A stretch of 64,000 nt of DNA, from positions 1-64,000 of the IMG/VR virus record IMGVR_UViG_3300045988_172778. The stretch is one strand, 5' to 3'. This DNA comes from a virus. Within the stretch, counting starts at the first letter, position 1, and each line of letters starts with the position of its first letter. Positions 15,501-24,465 of this stretch are shown piece after piece. The notes beneath the pieces are model-generated. The model made no database searches. It saw nothing but the letters and a program-made list of their open reading frames with translations, and was not told the DNA's origin. The translations under genes and the position numbers were made by a program.

Positions 15501-15935
15501 TTAACTTAATTTAATCGGTTCGAGATTATCAACGAGATTATCGGGAAGATAAAAATAATACCACTTAGTCGCGTCGTATTTTAATCTCGCTAAAGTCTTA
15601 TTTTCTTCCGTAATCTTATTTACAATTTCAATTCGTTCTAATCCAGAAACGTCTTCACTTTTAATTGATTCCGAATATGTCGCCTTCGCAGATTCAAATT
15701 GTCTTACGTCTCTTTCAAACATACGAATATGAATGCGAGCACCAATAAACGTGCTTAAACATAATACCAACACGACGACAGTGATTTGAATTTTGCCGTA
15801 CTTAGACAAACACTCTCTGTCCGTCTTTTCGTTCCAATCAAGTAAATAGTTATCATATGTACAGTCATTAATTAATGCTATTATCGCAAATGCTAATATG
15901 CTAAATGAAATTCCTATTCCAAAACCTGCTATCAT
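15501..15935 (-). CDS. membrane protein (144 aa, two predicted TM segments)
   Basis: Hydrophobic N-terminus IAGFGIGISFSILAFAIIALI and VVVLVLCLSTFIGA. GGAGG SD. AT-rich. Confidence 0.65.
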   Translation of the reverse strand: MIAGFGIGISFSILAFAIIALINDCTYDNYLLDWNEKTDRECLSKYGKIQITVVVLVLCLSTFIGARIHIRMFERDVRQFESAKATYSESIKSEDVSGLERIEIVNKITEENKTLARLKYDATKWYYFYLPDNLVDNLEPIKLS

Positions 15936-15938
15936 TTT

Positions 15939-16694
15939 CTAATCCTCCACAATTATGCCCCCGACTTTATAGCTTAACGCCGTCGTTGTGTCGAGCCCAA
16001 TCAACCTACGTTCCTTATCTACGTAAATATTACCATCTACTTCCTCCCACTTCCCAGCAAACCTCTCGTTCAGCTCTTTCGCTCGCCAGTGCCCGAACAC
16101 AATGGTTTTGTTGCGTTTTACTTTAATCTCATCGAAGGCTCTTATATAATCGGGTGTCTTTGCCCATGAAGCGATCGCCCAATCGTTTCTACCAAATTCT
16201 TCTAGCCCAAAACCCCGAGTAAAATAATCCATTGGCACAAACCCGTGAGTGAAGATGTAATACTCCGTCTCAAAATACCACGGAAGAGATTTAAGCCAGT
16301 CGTAAAACCCGACGTTAATCATCACCTTCGCTGCGTCGAATTGCAGGTAATAATCGCGTTTTACCTGATTCGGGTAACGCCCCAAAAACGAAGCGAACGT
16401 GTTGTGCTCGCCGTTGTATATATCGGTTTCGGTCAGTTCCCTGCGCTCAATTGCGTCGATGAGAATGCTCTCGTGGTTTCCCCGAATGCAAATCGGCTTA
16501 TTTGTGTGATGGGGCGAAGTAAGATACTTCCAAATATTTACGCAATCCGAATTACTCCGCGCCGCCCTGCCGAAATAATCACCGCACCCGATGAGTTGGT
16601 GCTGCGGGTTCGCCGCGTCGTAACCCATTTCGGTAATCGCGGTTATAAGTGCCTCGTAATTACCATGCGGATCTGCAAAAACAAAATACGTCAT
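15939..16694 (-). CDS. calcineurin-like metallophosphoesterase (lambda Ser/Thr phosphatase / ApaH-like)
   Basis: FADPHGN, GCGDYFGR, IRGNHES, THGF and FGHW motifs in canonical order. Confidence 0.7.
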   Translation of the reverse strand: MTYFVFADPHGNYEALITAITEMGYDAANPQHQLIGCGDYFGRAARSNSDCVNIWKYLTSPHHTNKPICIRGNHESILIDAIERRELTETDIYNGEHNTFASFLGRYPNQVKRDYYLQFDAAKVMINVGFYDWLKSLPWYFETEYYIFTHGFVPMDYFTRGFGLEEFGRNDWAIASWAKTPDYIRAFDEIKVKRNKTIVFGHWRAKELNERFAGKWEEVDGNIYVDKERRLIGLDTTTALSYKVGGIIVED

Positions 16695-16706
16695 TTATTA
16701 CCTCCA

Positions 16707-17225
16707 TTATACATAAATAAAATGGTATGAATTATTACAAACGGGAATATTTAAGTCAAGACTTCTCTTTATTGTGTCTCTTTTGATATTTGTTTGTCTT
16801 GCAGCTTCGCGTATTGAAAAATAAACACAGTCACTGATTATATCTTTGATTGTTTTTTGATTTGGTTGGTTTTGAAAAGTGTTATGTTTGGATGTTAACC
16901 CCGTTTGATAAGCATGCGTAACGTTTTCACTTACCGTGGCCCATTCTAAATTACACACTCTATTATCAGTTTTTATCCCATTTATATGGTTGACTACAGG
17001 TTTGTTATCAGGGTTACAAATAAACGCTTGTGCTACCAAATTATGTATCATAACAGTATGTCTCTTATTATTAACACAAAACTCGATCGCAAAATATCCG
17101 CGATTAGACAATTGTTTTTTCATATTTCTAATTTTATTAAAACGGATGCTCCTAACATTCCCGAGATTACTTACTTGATACAGGTTTTCAAATCCCAATA
17201 CGTTTTTCCATATTTCTTCAACCAT
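16707..17225 (-). mobile_element. free-standing HNH homing endonuclease (NUMOD4 + HNH_3 + C-terminal HTH)
   Basis: WKNVLGFENLYQVSNLGNVRS, then HNLVAQAFICNPDNKPVVNHINGIKTDNRVCNLEWATVSEN. AT-rich. Confidence 0.75.
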
Positions 17226-17611
17226 TATTTAATCTCCTTGATTTCGGGGTCGATCGGGTTTCCGTCCGCGTCTAAAACAGCCGCATATTTAACGAGATGA
17301 GCCGTATAAACTACGTCTCCGTTTTTATGGGTTTCGGTGAATATCTTTCCTCTGTCATCTTCGAGCCAACGCCATTCGCAAAGTTGGTTACATGTCAGGT
17401 TAAGCAATTTTTCTCTATCGGTAATCCCGCCAAACATTTCGAGGTTTTTCGCGTAAAGGCTATCGATAATTTTTTCTTTAATCGCGTTTATATCGGTTTC
17501 ATTTTTGCCGATTTCAACGTCGACTTTATAAGTTTTTAACTCATACCTTTTTTGAGTGATTTTTTTCGAAATCAGAGGTGTTGAGCCAAATAACATATTT
17601 GCCCCAAACAT
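17225..17611 (-). CDS. hypothetical protein (start uncertain)
   Basis: Open frame of 128 codons. The first ATGs overlap the upstream ORF and lack an SD. Confidence 0.5.
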   Translation of the reverse strand: MFGANMLFGSTPLISKKITQKRYELKTYKVDVEIGKNETDINAIKEKIIDSLYAKNLEMFGGITDREKLLNLTCNQLCEWRWLEDDRGKIFTETHKNGDVVYTAHLVKYAAVLDADGNPIDPEIKEIK

Positions 17612-17711
17612 TTATACTTGTATAGTAGGCGCAAAAAGGTTTTGATTCTTCGATTATATCGGCATATCCGTTATTTTTAAAATACTTCTCTGCTTTGTTT
17701 ATGTCTATCAT
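17541..17711 (-). CDS. hypothetical protein (56 aa)
   Basis: Start at MIDINKAEKY, preceded by GGAGGTAAAT. It lies just downstream of the promoter. Confidence 0.5.
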   Translation of the reverse strand: MIDINKAEKYFKNNGYADIIEESKPFCAYYTSINVWGKYVIWLNTSDFEKNHSKKV

Positions 17712-17733
17712 ATTTACCTCCATCTTCGCTTCT

Positions 17734-17762
17734 ATTATACCATACCGCAACGCGTTTGTCAA
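17734..17762 (-). promoter_or_regulatory. sigma70-type promoter
   Basis: Minus strand: AACGCTTGACA-N17-TATAAT. Confidence 0.65.
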
Positions 17763-17876
17763 GCGTTTTATTAAACTTTTTGTGTCACCGCGTTGTCATA
17801 ATTGTGCAAGTGGTTGTTGCACAAATTATGTCGCTCACAAATACGGCGAATTCGCCATAATTAAGATTAAGCGGTG

Positions 17877-17902
17877 ATAACCCCTCACTTTCGAGGGGTT
17901 AT
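17877..17902 (-). terminator. 10-bp hairpin downstream of 17914-18540
   Basis: ATAACCCCTC-ACTTTC-GAGGGGTTAT. The U-tract is weak. Confidence 0.45.
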
Positions 17903-17913
17903 TCGGGGTTACA

Positions 17914-18540
17914 TTAGTTGGGCTTTTCTTCCGTCTTTTTCCCGAACGCCTTATCAACCGCTTCATTATCAATCATGTCTTTGAGGTTGTTCAACGCGGG
18001 GTCATTCATACGAGCAATATCGGCAATGTTTTTAATCACTTCGGGATCAATCTCGTCTTTCATTCCACGGATTTTTTCCGTGACTTCTCTTAAACCGCCA
18101 ACGTCAACTTCTCTTATGCTCTGAACCAGTTCCATAAGGTTTTGATATGAAAGCGTGCGTTCCATCATACGGACGAGACGGTCGTAATCTTTCCCGCAAA
18201 ATTCGAGGATGTAATCAGCAAGCCCAGACTGATAAATCAGGTCGTAATTCTCGTAATTCTTTATCTCGATATTCACCTCGGGTTCGATGTTTACATACGA
18301 AAGAAGCCCGTCGAAGCAACACGCGATTTCGAGTCCCGCCGTGAAAAATGTTTCGGGAACGTCGATATCTTTATCGCTGTCTATGATCATACGAACGAGT
18401 GCAACGACCTTATCCTGCATCGGCAAATAAGCACGGATTACGAGACCTTGAAGCATGTCGTTATAAGCTTTAACGGTCGCTTCGTCTTCGGGATTTTTGA
18501 TGAACGCGTCACAAACGTCTAATATTTCTTGAAGTTTCAT
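17914..18540 (-). CDS. hypothetical protein (208 aa)
   Basis: Start at MKLQEILD after AGGAGGGTTAAA. Confidence 0.65.
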   Translation of the reverse strand: MKLQEILDVCDAFIKNPEDEATVKAYNDMLQGLVIRAYLPMQDKVVALVRMIIDSDKDIDVPETFFTAGLEIACCFDGLLSYVNIEPEVNIEIKNYENYDLIYQSGLADYILEFCGKDYDRLVRMMERTLSYQNLMELVQSIREVDVGGLREVTEKIRGMKDEIDPEVIKNIADIARMNDPALNNLKDMIDNEAVDKAFGKKTEEKPN

Positions 18541-18541
18541 T

Positions 18542-18907
18542 TTAACCCTCCTGCTCGTCAGGTTCCCCACCGAGCATAACTATTTCTTCTTTGGGAATTG
18601 TGTAATACCAATTGCCGTGCAATTTTACCATCGCGCGAAGTGCATACGGGAAAATGCTCGTCATTTCCCACGTAAGGTTGTCGGTAAATACCGCGCAATC
18701 GTCTTCTGTCGGCATCAGGTCTTTGGTGATGAGTTCGAGCTTTGCTTTACAACCTTGTTTTGCAAGCTTTTCAGTTACTTCTTCGTAATGTTTCTGCCCA
18801 CCAAGGTAATAACATCTGTGCCCCTGTGAAAATTCCTCCTGAATCATTGCGATGAGGAATTGAGTTTTTCCGCCCCTCTTCGGGGCAACATATCCGAGTT
18901 TAATCAT
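18542..18907 (-). CDS. small P-loop protein (121 aa)
   Basis: Walker-A-like APKRGGKT near the N-terminus. Confidence 0.5.
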   Translation of the reverse strand: MIKLGYVAPKRGGKTQFLIAMIQEEFSQGHRCYYLGGQKHYEEVTEKLAKQGCKAKLELITKDLMPTEDDCAVFTDNLTWEMTSIFPYALRAMVKLHGNWYYTIPKEEIVMLGGEPDEQEG

Positions 18908-19475
18908 TCTTGTCTATTTCCTTTTTTAATTTTTCGTTATTTATTTTGAGCAAATTTTCGGCTGCTCCGCACGAATAAAATTCCGTGCATTTCCCGTTTC
19001 GATAAACGCATTCAGGAACGAGAAGCCCGATAAACTCTGGGCATAATTCTTCTACCTGTTTACATATTTCTTTCATAACCGCTCTAGTTTCGACGGAAGC
19101 TTGCGAACACAATCTCTTATGAGACATAAAAATCAACTCTTGTGCGTTTATGCTCATTACGTGAGAAACTATCGTGTCTTGCGTTGCCTTTCTTCTATCA
19201 TAATTGTCTTGGCGATCGTTACGCTGCGTTTGGACGTAATGATTTACCCCGATATGATGGCGAACAAAATGCACCGAGACGTAATATGGTATTTGCATCT
19301 TTATCCCAAACCATAATTCTCTAATCGGGCTATGTCCCGCTTCGAGAATTTTATGTTTCCATTCTGCCTTTGGAAGTTTCGCAGATGTTTTACCGACGGT
19401 ATTTAATGTGCAAGTTTTACACCACATCCAATCTTCGTCGGTCGGGTGTTTTAATATTTCGACTTTAAAGTCCAT
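18900..19475 (-). CDS. thyX: divergent ThyX-like (flavin-dependent thymidylate synthase family) protein
   Basis: HSPIRE...VHFVRHHIGVNHYVQTQRNDR resembles the ThyX RHRxxSxxxxSxR signature but with substitutions. Short, at 191 aa. Confidence 0.5.
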   Translation of the reverse strand: MDFKVEILKHPTDEDWMWCKTCTLNTVGKTSAKLPKAEWKHKILEAGHSPIRELWFGIKMQIPYYVSVHFVRHHIGVNHYVQTQRNDRQDNYDRRKATQDTIVSHVMSINAQELIFMSHKRLCSQASVETRAVMKEICKQVEELCPEFIGLLVPECVYRNGKCTEFYSCGAAENLLKINNEKLKKEIDKND

Positions 19476-20194
19476 CAGTACACCTCGTCTGCGAACTGGC
19501 TTAATTTACCACGGTAATTCTTCGTCAATTCAACAATCTTGATAAAATCAACTCTTCTTGCCGCCGTGAGATATTTTGGGAATTGAGAATCTTGCGGAAA
19601 TCGAAGATCCGTTTGACCGCAATGCCCAGCGCAAACAACTTTACAATTGTCATGACAACGAGAAATTATCTTTTTAAGCTGTTTGCTGTTCTGCGCTTCA
19701 TCGATTATGACAAAAGCCTCAGAGAGGTTACAACCTCTCAAAAACACATCGGAAGTCAAATAAACAAAAGCCTCCCCGTTTTTCACCGCTTCCATATTCA
19801 TATCTGAAATCACGGTTTTGTTCGGGTCATATCCCCAAACCATAAGCGCGTCATATAACGGACCGCTGTAATCCATCAATTTTTCGCCAGTTTGCCCTGG
19901 TCTGTAACCCAATTCCTGTTCTTGACACGGCGAAACAATGTAATAAATCTTTTTATAAATTCCGAGCTCGTACATTAGAAGCGCCATTCCGACCGCTAGG
20001 GTTGTTTTAGAACTTCCTGCGCAAGCATCGACCATTACCATAAGGTTTTTCTTATCCCAAATGGCTTTTATATAGTCCCACTGTTCTTCTTCCAATTGAT
20101 AAGGAAGTCTTTTCCAGAAAGTGCATTGAGTTATGTCTTTGGGGATTTCAATTTGTTTTCGTTCAGTATTTGCATTACCTTTTCTTGTCGCCAT
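19475..20194 (-). CDS. phoH: PhoH-like ATPase
   Basis: DACAGSSKTT Walker A. VIIDEAQN...VCAGHCGQTDL matches the PhoH pattern. Confidence 0.7.
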   Translation of the reverse strand: MATRKGNANTERKQIEIPKDITQCTFWKRLPYQLEEEQWDYIKAIWDKKNLMVMVDACAGSSKTTLAVGMALLMYELGIYKKIYYIVSPCQEQELGYRPGQTGEKLMDYSGPLYDALMVWGYDPNKTVISDMNMEAVKNGEAFVYLTSDVFLRGCNLSEAFVIIDEAQNSKQLKKIISRCHDNCKVVCAGHCGQTDLRFPQDSQFPKYLTAARRVDFIKIVELTKNYRGKLSQFADEVY

Positions 20195-20202
20195 AAATCA
20201 CC

Positions 20203-20895
20203 TTATATCAATTCTGAAAAATCTGTTACCATTGCGTCTACTACGCCGAGTTGTAACTGTTCGTCGCCATTAATAAACCATTCGGTCTTTTTCTTCTTGT
20301 TGAGCAAATCTTTTGAAATCTTTGTGCGGCTGGCCACATGCTCAAACAATTTTGCAAGAGTTTTATTATACTGCGCCGTATGTGATTTAATCGTTTCTGC
20401 TTCGCCTTCGAATGCACCAGAACCTTGATGACACAACGCTTGCGAACTCAAAAGCGCAAATCTCTTATGTCCAGAAATCAATATAAAGAATCCGCCAGAC
20501 ATTGCAACTCCCATGTTATAAGTATAAATCGGCGTTTTGGAAAGTTTGATAATATCAATCATCTGGAAAGTCGCATCTATTTCTCCGCCATAAGAATTTA
20601 TCATAATTTTAATCGGCTTTCTATCGGATATAGGGATTTTATTATCTTCATCTTCTTTGTTCCAGAAAATTATGTTTTTAACCAATGGAACAATACTTTC
20701 ACGATAAATTTCATCATTAAGCCAAATTACTCGATTATCAAGGTTTTTATAATATGAGTAAAGCGCGGGGTTGGGTAATACAGGGTCGTTTTGTTTACGT
20801 TCGATTAAATCACTCATGAGCGCATCAACGTTTTGCTGTAATTTTTGGAATTGAGATACAAAATCCAAATCTTCAATTATTTTTTTATCTGCCAT
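20203..20895 (-). CDS. clpP: ClpP-family serine protease
   Basis: INSYGGEI...GVAMSGG...ALCHQGSG align with the ClpP INSPGG/AASMG/IHQP motifs. Start at MADKK after AAGGAG. Confidence 0.7.
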   Translation of the reverse strand: MADKKIIEDLDFVSQFQKLQQNVDALMSDLIERKQNDPVLPNPALYSYYKNLDNRVIWLNDEIYRESIVPLVKNIIFWNKEDEDNKIPISDRKPIKIMINSYGGEIDATFQMIDIIKLSKTPIYTYNMGVAMSGGFFILISGHKRFALLSSQALCHQGSGAFEGEAETIKSHTAQYNKTLAKLFEHVASRTKISKDLLNKKKKTEWFINGDEQLQLGVVDAMVTDFSELI

Positions 20896-20930
20896 ATTTT
20901 CTCCTTCGACAATTCTCATTGTCTGAAACC

Positions 20931-20959
20931 ATTATAACACATATTTGATACATCGTCAA
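20931..20959 (-). promoter_or_regulatory. sigma70-type leftward promoter
   Basis: Minus strand: TTGACG-N17-TATAAT. Confidence 0.65.
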
Positions 20960-21012
20960 GTATATCTGTAAAAAATATTAAAAAAATTTTTTATTTTTTT
21001 GTGTACAAACGC

Positions 21013-21041
21013 TTGACGGATTAAATTTTCTATGTTATAAT
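21013..21041 (+). promoter_or_regulatory. sigma70-type rightward promoter with no ORF behind it
   Basis: AACGCTTGACG-N17-TATAAT. Confidence 0.65.
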
Positions 21042-21047
21042 CCCACC

Positions 21048-21470
21048 GAAACTGAATAGTTATCAGCGGACGCACCACCGCTTTAACAATAGGATAGCCG
21101 CAAATGTTGCCGCCACACACCGACATATTTTGCGTCAGAGGATCGTGGACACCAAACAAAACCTCAATAAAAAAGACGGTGGGTATAGGAAGGCGAAGAA
21201 GAGAGCGCTTACCTCATTTTGTCTACGATGTTTTACCTCTTTGTGGGGTAAAACATCGACAAAAACGTCATGGATTCGCGTGTGACGAGAGGTATGACGA
21301 TGTGAAATCATTGTTTATATGTGTGTTATAGCAGAACGGAAACTCAAGCAGGGGAAGTTTGTGAAAAGGGTATAATGCCGTCCCGTTATTGCATGGGAGC
21401 ATTATACCCAAAACACAGAACCATTTTTCTCGCAAAGGAAGGTTTGTGTTTATCATTTCTTTTTGTTTTT
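21048..21470 (+). ncRNA. candidate structured non-coding transcript (class unknown)
   Basis: Consensus promoter and no SD-preceded ORF. 12-bp hairpin at 21226-21258 and ~15-bp hairpin at 21368-21409. T-rich end at 21456-21473. Confidence 0.35.
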
Positions 21471-21587
21471 TTATGTAATTTTCACATTTAATAAAGTTTT
21501 TGGGTATAATTATAGGGTGGTTTGGGTGGGGTAAGAAGATATTCGATTGTATAATTAAAATTTAATAAAAATAAAAATGATAAATAC

Positions 21588-21616
21588 TTGACGACTTACG
21601 TAAAGCATGTTATAAT
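21588..21616 (+). promoter_or_regulatory. sigma70-type rightward promoter
   Basis: TTGACG-N17-TATAAT, about 30 nt before AGGAGG. Confidence 0.7.
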
Positions 21617-21662
21617 GAGATTAGAATTAAAATCTGATTCCAATAAGGAGGATAAAAATGAC

Positions 21663-22265
21663 GTGAGAATATTTTTGGATTGCGATGATACGATTATAAA
21701 CTCTTCTGAATGTATTATCGATTTATTAAATAAGAAGAATGGCACAAATAAAACGATTAAGGATTTGAAGGATTTCCATTATCGCTCAATTGATAAAACA
21801 TTAACCAACGAAGATGTCGTTAAACTTTTTGAATCGGACGATTTTTGGAATTCCGTTAATTACAATAATGAATTTTTGAACACAAAGGATTTTATTGATT
21901 CTAATTTTGATGTAACGGTCGTTACTTGTGGCACAGAATTAAACCTAAAAAAGAAAGCAAATAAATTAAATTCGCTTGGATATGGCAGTGGATATAATTT
22001 TGTTGGTATTTTGATTAAAGATGACTTAAATTTATGCAAAAAATGTATAGATATGCACCTCGGTATTCAAATTGATGATAATATAAGTAGCATTGAGAAT
22101 ACTAACGCAGCAGTAAAAATACTTTTTCAAAATAACAACAATTTCACATGGAATAGATCAAAGCCGAATATTGATAATTTATATGTTGTCCAGACATGGG
22201 AAGAAATTCGCCAGATTTTAGAGTTTTTCAAGAAAAATCCAGAATTTATTTGCAAGGGGTACTAA
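21663..22265 (+). CDS. HAD-superfamily hydrolase, nucleotidase-like (GTG start)
   Basis: GTG 11 nt after AGGAGG. N-terminal FLDCDDT matches the HAD DxDxT motif. The listed upstream start would cover the promoter. Confidence 0.45.
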   Translation: MRIFLDCDDTIINSSECIIDLLNKKNGTNKTIKDLKDFHYRSIDKTLTNEDVVKLFESDDFWNSVNYNNEFLNTKDFIDSNFDVTVVTCGTELNLKKKANKLNSLGYGSGYNFVGILIKDDLNLCKKCIDMHLGIQIDDNISSIENTNAAVKILFQNNNNFTWNRSKPNIDNLYVVQTWEEIRQILEFFKKNPEFICKGY

Positions 22266-22266
22266 A

Positions 22267-22791
22267 ATGCGGGTAATTTTGATTTCGGGTTCTGCCCGTT
22301 CTGGAAAAGACAGTGTTGCTTTTATTATGAAGGAATTGTTGGAAAAGCAAAAAAAGAAAGTTCTAATAATTCATTACGCCGACAATTTGAAGCTTTTTGC
22401 AAAAAATTATTTTGGATGGTCGGGGCAGAAGGACCAGAAGGGTCGCGAGTTGTTGCAATGGCTCGGTACCGACGTGGTTAGAAAGAATTATGAAGATACT
22501 TGGGTCGATATGATTGTTGCATTGTTAAAAGGTATAAAAACATTGTATGATTATGTAATTATTCCAGATGTTCGGTTCCCAAATGAAATAGACAAAATGT
22601 GCGATAATTTTGATTGTATTACGGCTCGCGTAATTCGTCCGAATTTTGACAATGGTTTAACCGATGAACAGAAAAATCACCCAAGCGAAATCGCTCTTAA
22701 AGACTATCCAATGGAATATGAGTTAATTAACGACGGCGATTTGGAAAAGTTGTTAGAGACGACACGGACATTTCTTAAAAATATTGGCTAA
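22267..22791 (+). CDS. deoxynucleoside monophosphate kinase-like P-loop protein
   Basis: ISGSARSGKDSVA P-loop, then LQWLGTD...IIPDVRFPNE...HPSE, as in phage dNMP kinases. Confidence 0.6.
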   Translation: MRVILISGSARSGKDSVAFIMKELLEKQKKKVLIIHYADNLKLFAKNYFGWSGQKDQKGRELLQWLGTDVVRKNYEDTWVDMIVALLKGIKTLYDYVIIPDVRFPNEIDKMCDNFDCITARVIRPNFDNGLTDEQKNHPSEIALKDYPMEYELINDGDLEKLLETTRTFLKNIG

Positions 22792-22803
22792 AAGGAGAGA
22801 ATA

Positions 22804-24465
22804 ATGCCAGTTTTGCAAAACCTGTATCAGGTTTATAAATTACCATCGAGTTTTATTGTTGAGAATAATTTAAAAATCGATAATTATACTCGAAAACGAG
22901 CGATTCAAGACGGAAATCTTGTAAGTGTCGGCGACAATATGGTATTTTATAAAATTCGGGATTATTATGGGGACACAAGAAGTCACAAAGAGATTTTCGA
23001 CGCGGTGCAAAATCTTCGAACAACTCTTCGTATTTGTAAAAGAGAAGGGAAAATACTCGAAGGGCACATCGTAAATCAACAAATTCAGGATATTCTTTTT
23101 GTGAAAGACATAATTGTTGTAGTTTGCGAGAAGAAATCTGAATATCTAAAAATTGGTACAAAAGGATTTGAAATAAACGGAGTCAGATATACGAGACTTT
23201 GCGCGGGAGCTGGAAATTTGCGCCGTAACAATGCGATTTATGTAAACGAGAAGCTTTACCCTTATCTTTACGAAGTGTTTATGTGCGGGCTTGCAGACAA
23301 ACTTAAAGAAGCGGTTCTTCCAAAACTCAGCGCGTATTTTGCGCTTTCCTTTTCGTCGGTTTTGTGGGTTAGAACGCCGCGAGTTTGCGTGATAAAAGAC
23401 TTCGAAACGACGCTCCCCAATCAGAACGTCGATTTCATTTGTCGAAAGGAAGAATTGGACGACGAAGGAAAACCTCGAACGAAACATTACATCGAAAAAT
23501 GCGTGATGGATTTAACGCTCAATAGTGCGGACGGCCAAGGTTTGGTAGACCCCGAATTCAGTAAATTGTGGGCGGAAGATATGCAGCTCGATTATGTGCC
23601 TTCATCGTTTGTTGTCAGAAGTTCGTTCGTGAAAGGGAACCTCGTTCCGTTTGATTTTAAGGCTTACGCAGCGGAACACGGAATAGACAAAATCAAAGAC
23701 AGATGGGGCGTTGAATACCCGTTGAATGAAATTGATGTTTTATTAAGCGAGTCACAATTTAAAGAATATAAGGAATATTCGAGCTGGCAGGAATATTTGC
23801 ATTATTTTAATAAATACAAGCTTCGTTGGGGCGTCGCCCGTTATAATAAAAAACACGATGATGAATACGTTCTCGCGAATTACCAATATATTCAAGCGCT
23901 TGCCCTTTCGAAGGAAGATATTCACGGGTTAATTCAACCGACAATCGATTGGATAAAAAACATTTGTTCGGGAGATGATTTATACAGCCTTCTTTTTATG
24001 TTCGGAGGTAAAAGCGAAGATGTGACTTACGAGAGAATGTACTCTTCGGCGCAATCGACGTTTATGAAAGCGATCGTAAAAAACAACGAGATGCTGAAAG
24101 ACGCGCACGTTCAGCGGAAGATTTACAAAAACATCGTTGAGTGTATAAACCGTGCGAAGATTGGCAAGATTTGGGTGAGAGGAAATTACCAGTTTATGAT
24201 TTCTGACCCGATCGCGCAGTGCCAGTCGGCGTTGGGATTACCAGTTAAAGGGGAAATTCCAGCCGAACACGTTTGGTCGAATTTTTGGAATGAACGACGA
24301 ATTGAGGGTTATGTTGACTGCTGTCGTTCGCCAATGATCGATACAAGTGAGCATAACCCGTCGAAGTTATATAAAAGCGAAACCACAGAAAAGTGGTATC
24401 AATATATAAAGAGTGGTTTGGTGTACAGCATATACGATGTCGCGACATTTAAACACTCGGATAGT
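22804..24465 (+). CDS. YonO/RdRP-like single-subunit RNA polymerase, exon 1
   Basis: Ends CCRSPMIDTSEH...ATFKHSDS(D). The frame then runs into the intron (LTI-stop at 24480). Confidence 0.55.

Noticed and set aside
21104-21331. 75-aa ORF inside the candidate ncRNA region
   Set aside because: It has no SD within 20 nt of the ATG, an Arg/Cys-rich random-looking sequence, and it spans strong hairpins.
21478-21560. T-box/riboswitch-like leader upstream of 21663 (GGGTGG words) and extra -10-like boxes (GGGTATAAT, TGTATAAT)
   Set aside because: It resembles the T-box consensus only partially, there is no specifier/antiterminator architecture, and the downstream gene is not an aminoacyl-tRNA-related gene. 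The extra promoters lack convincing -35 elements apart from a possible TTCACA.
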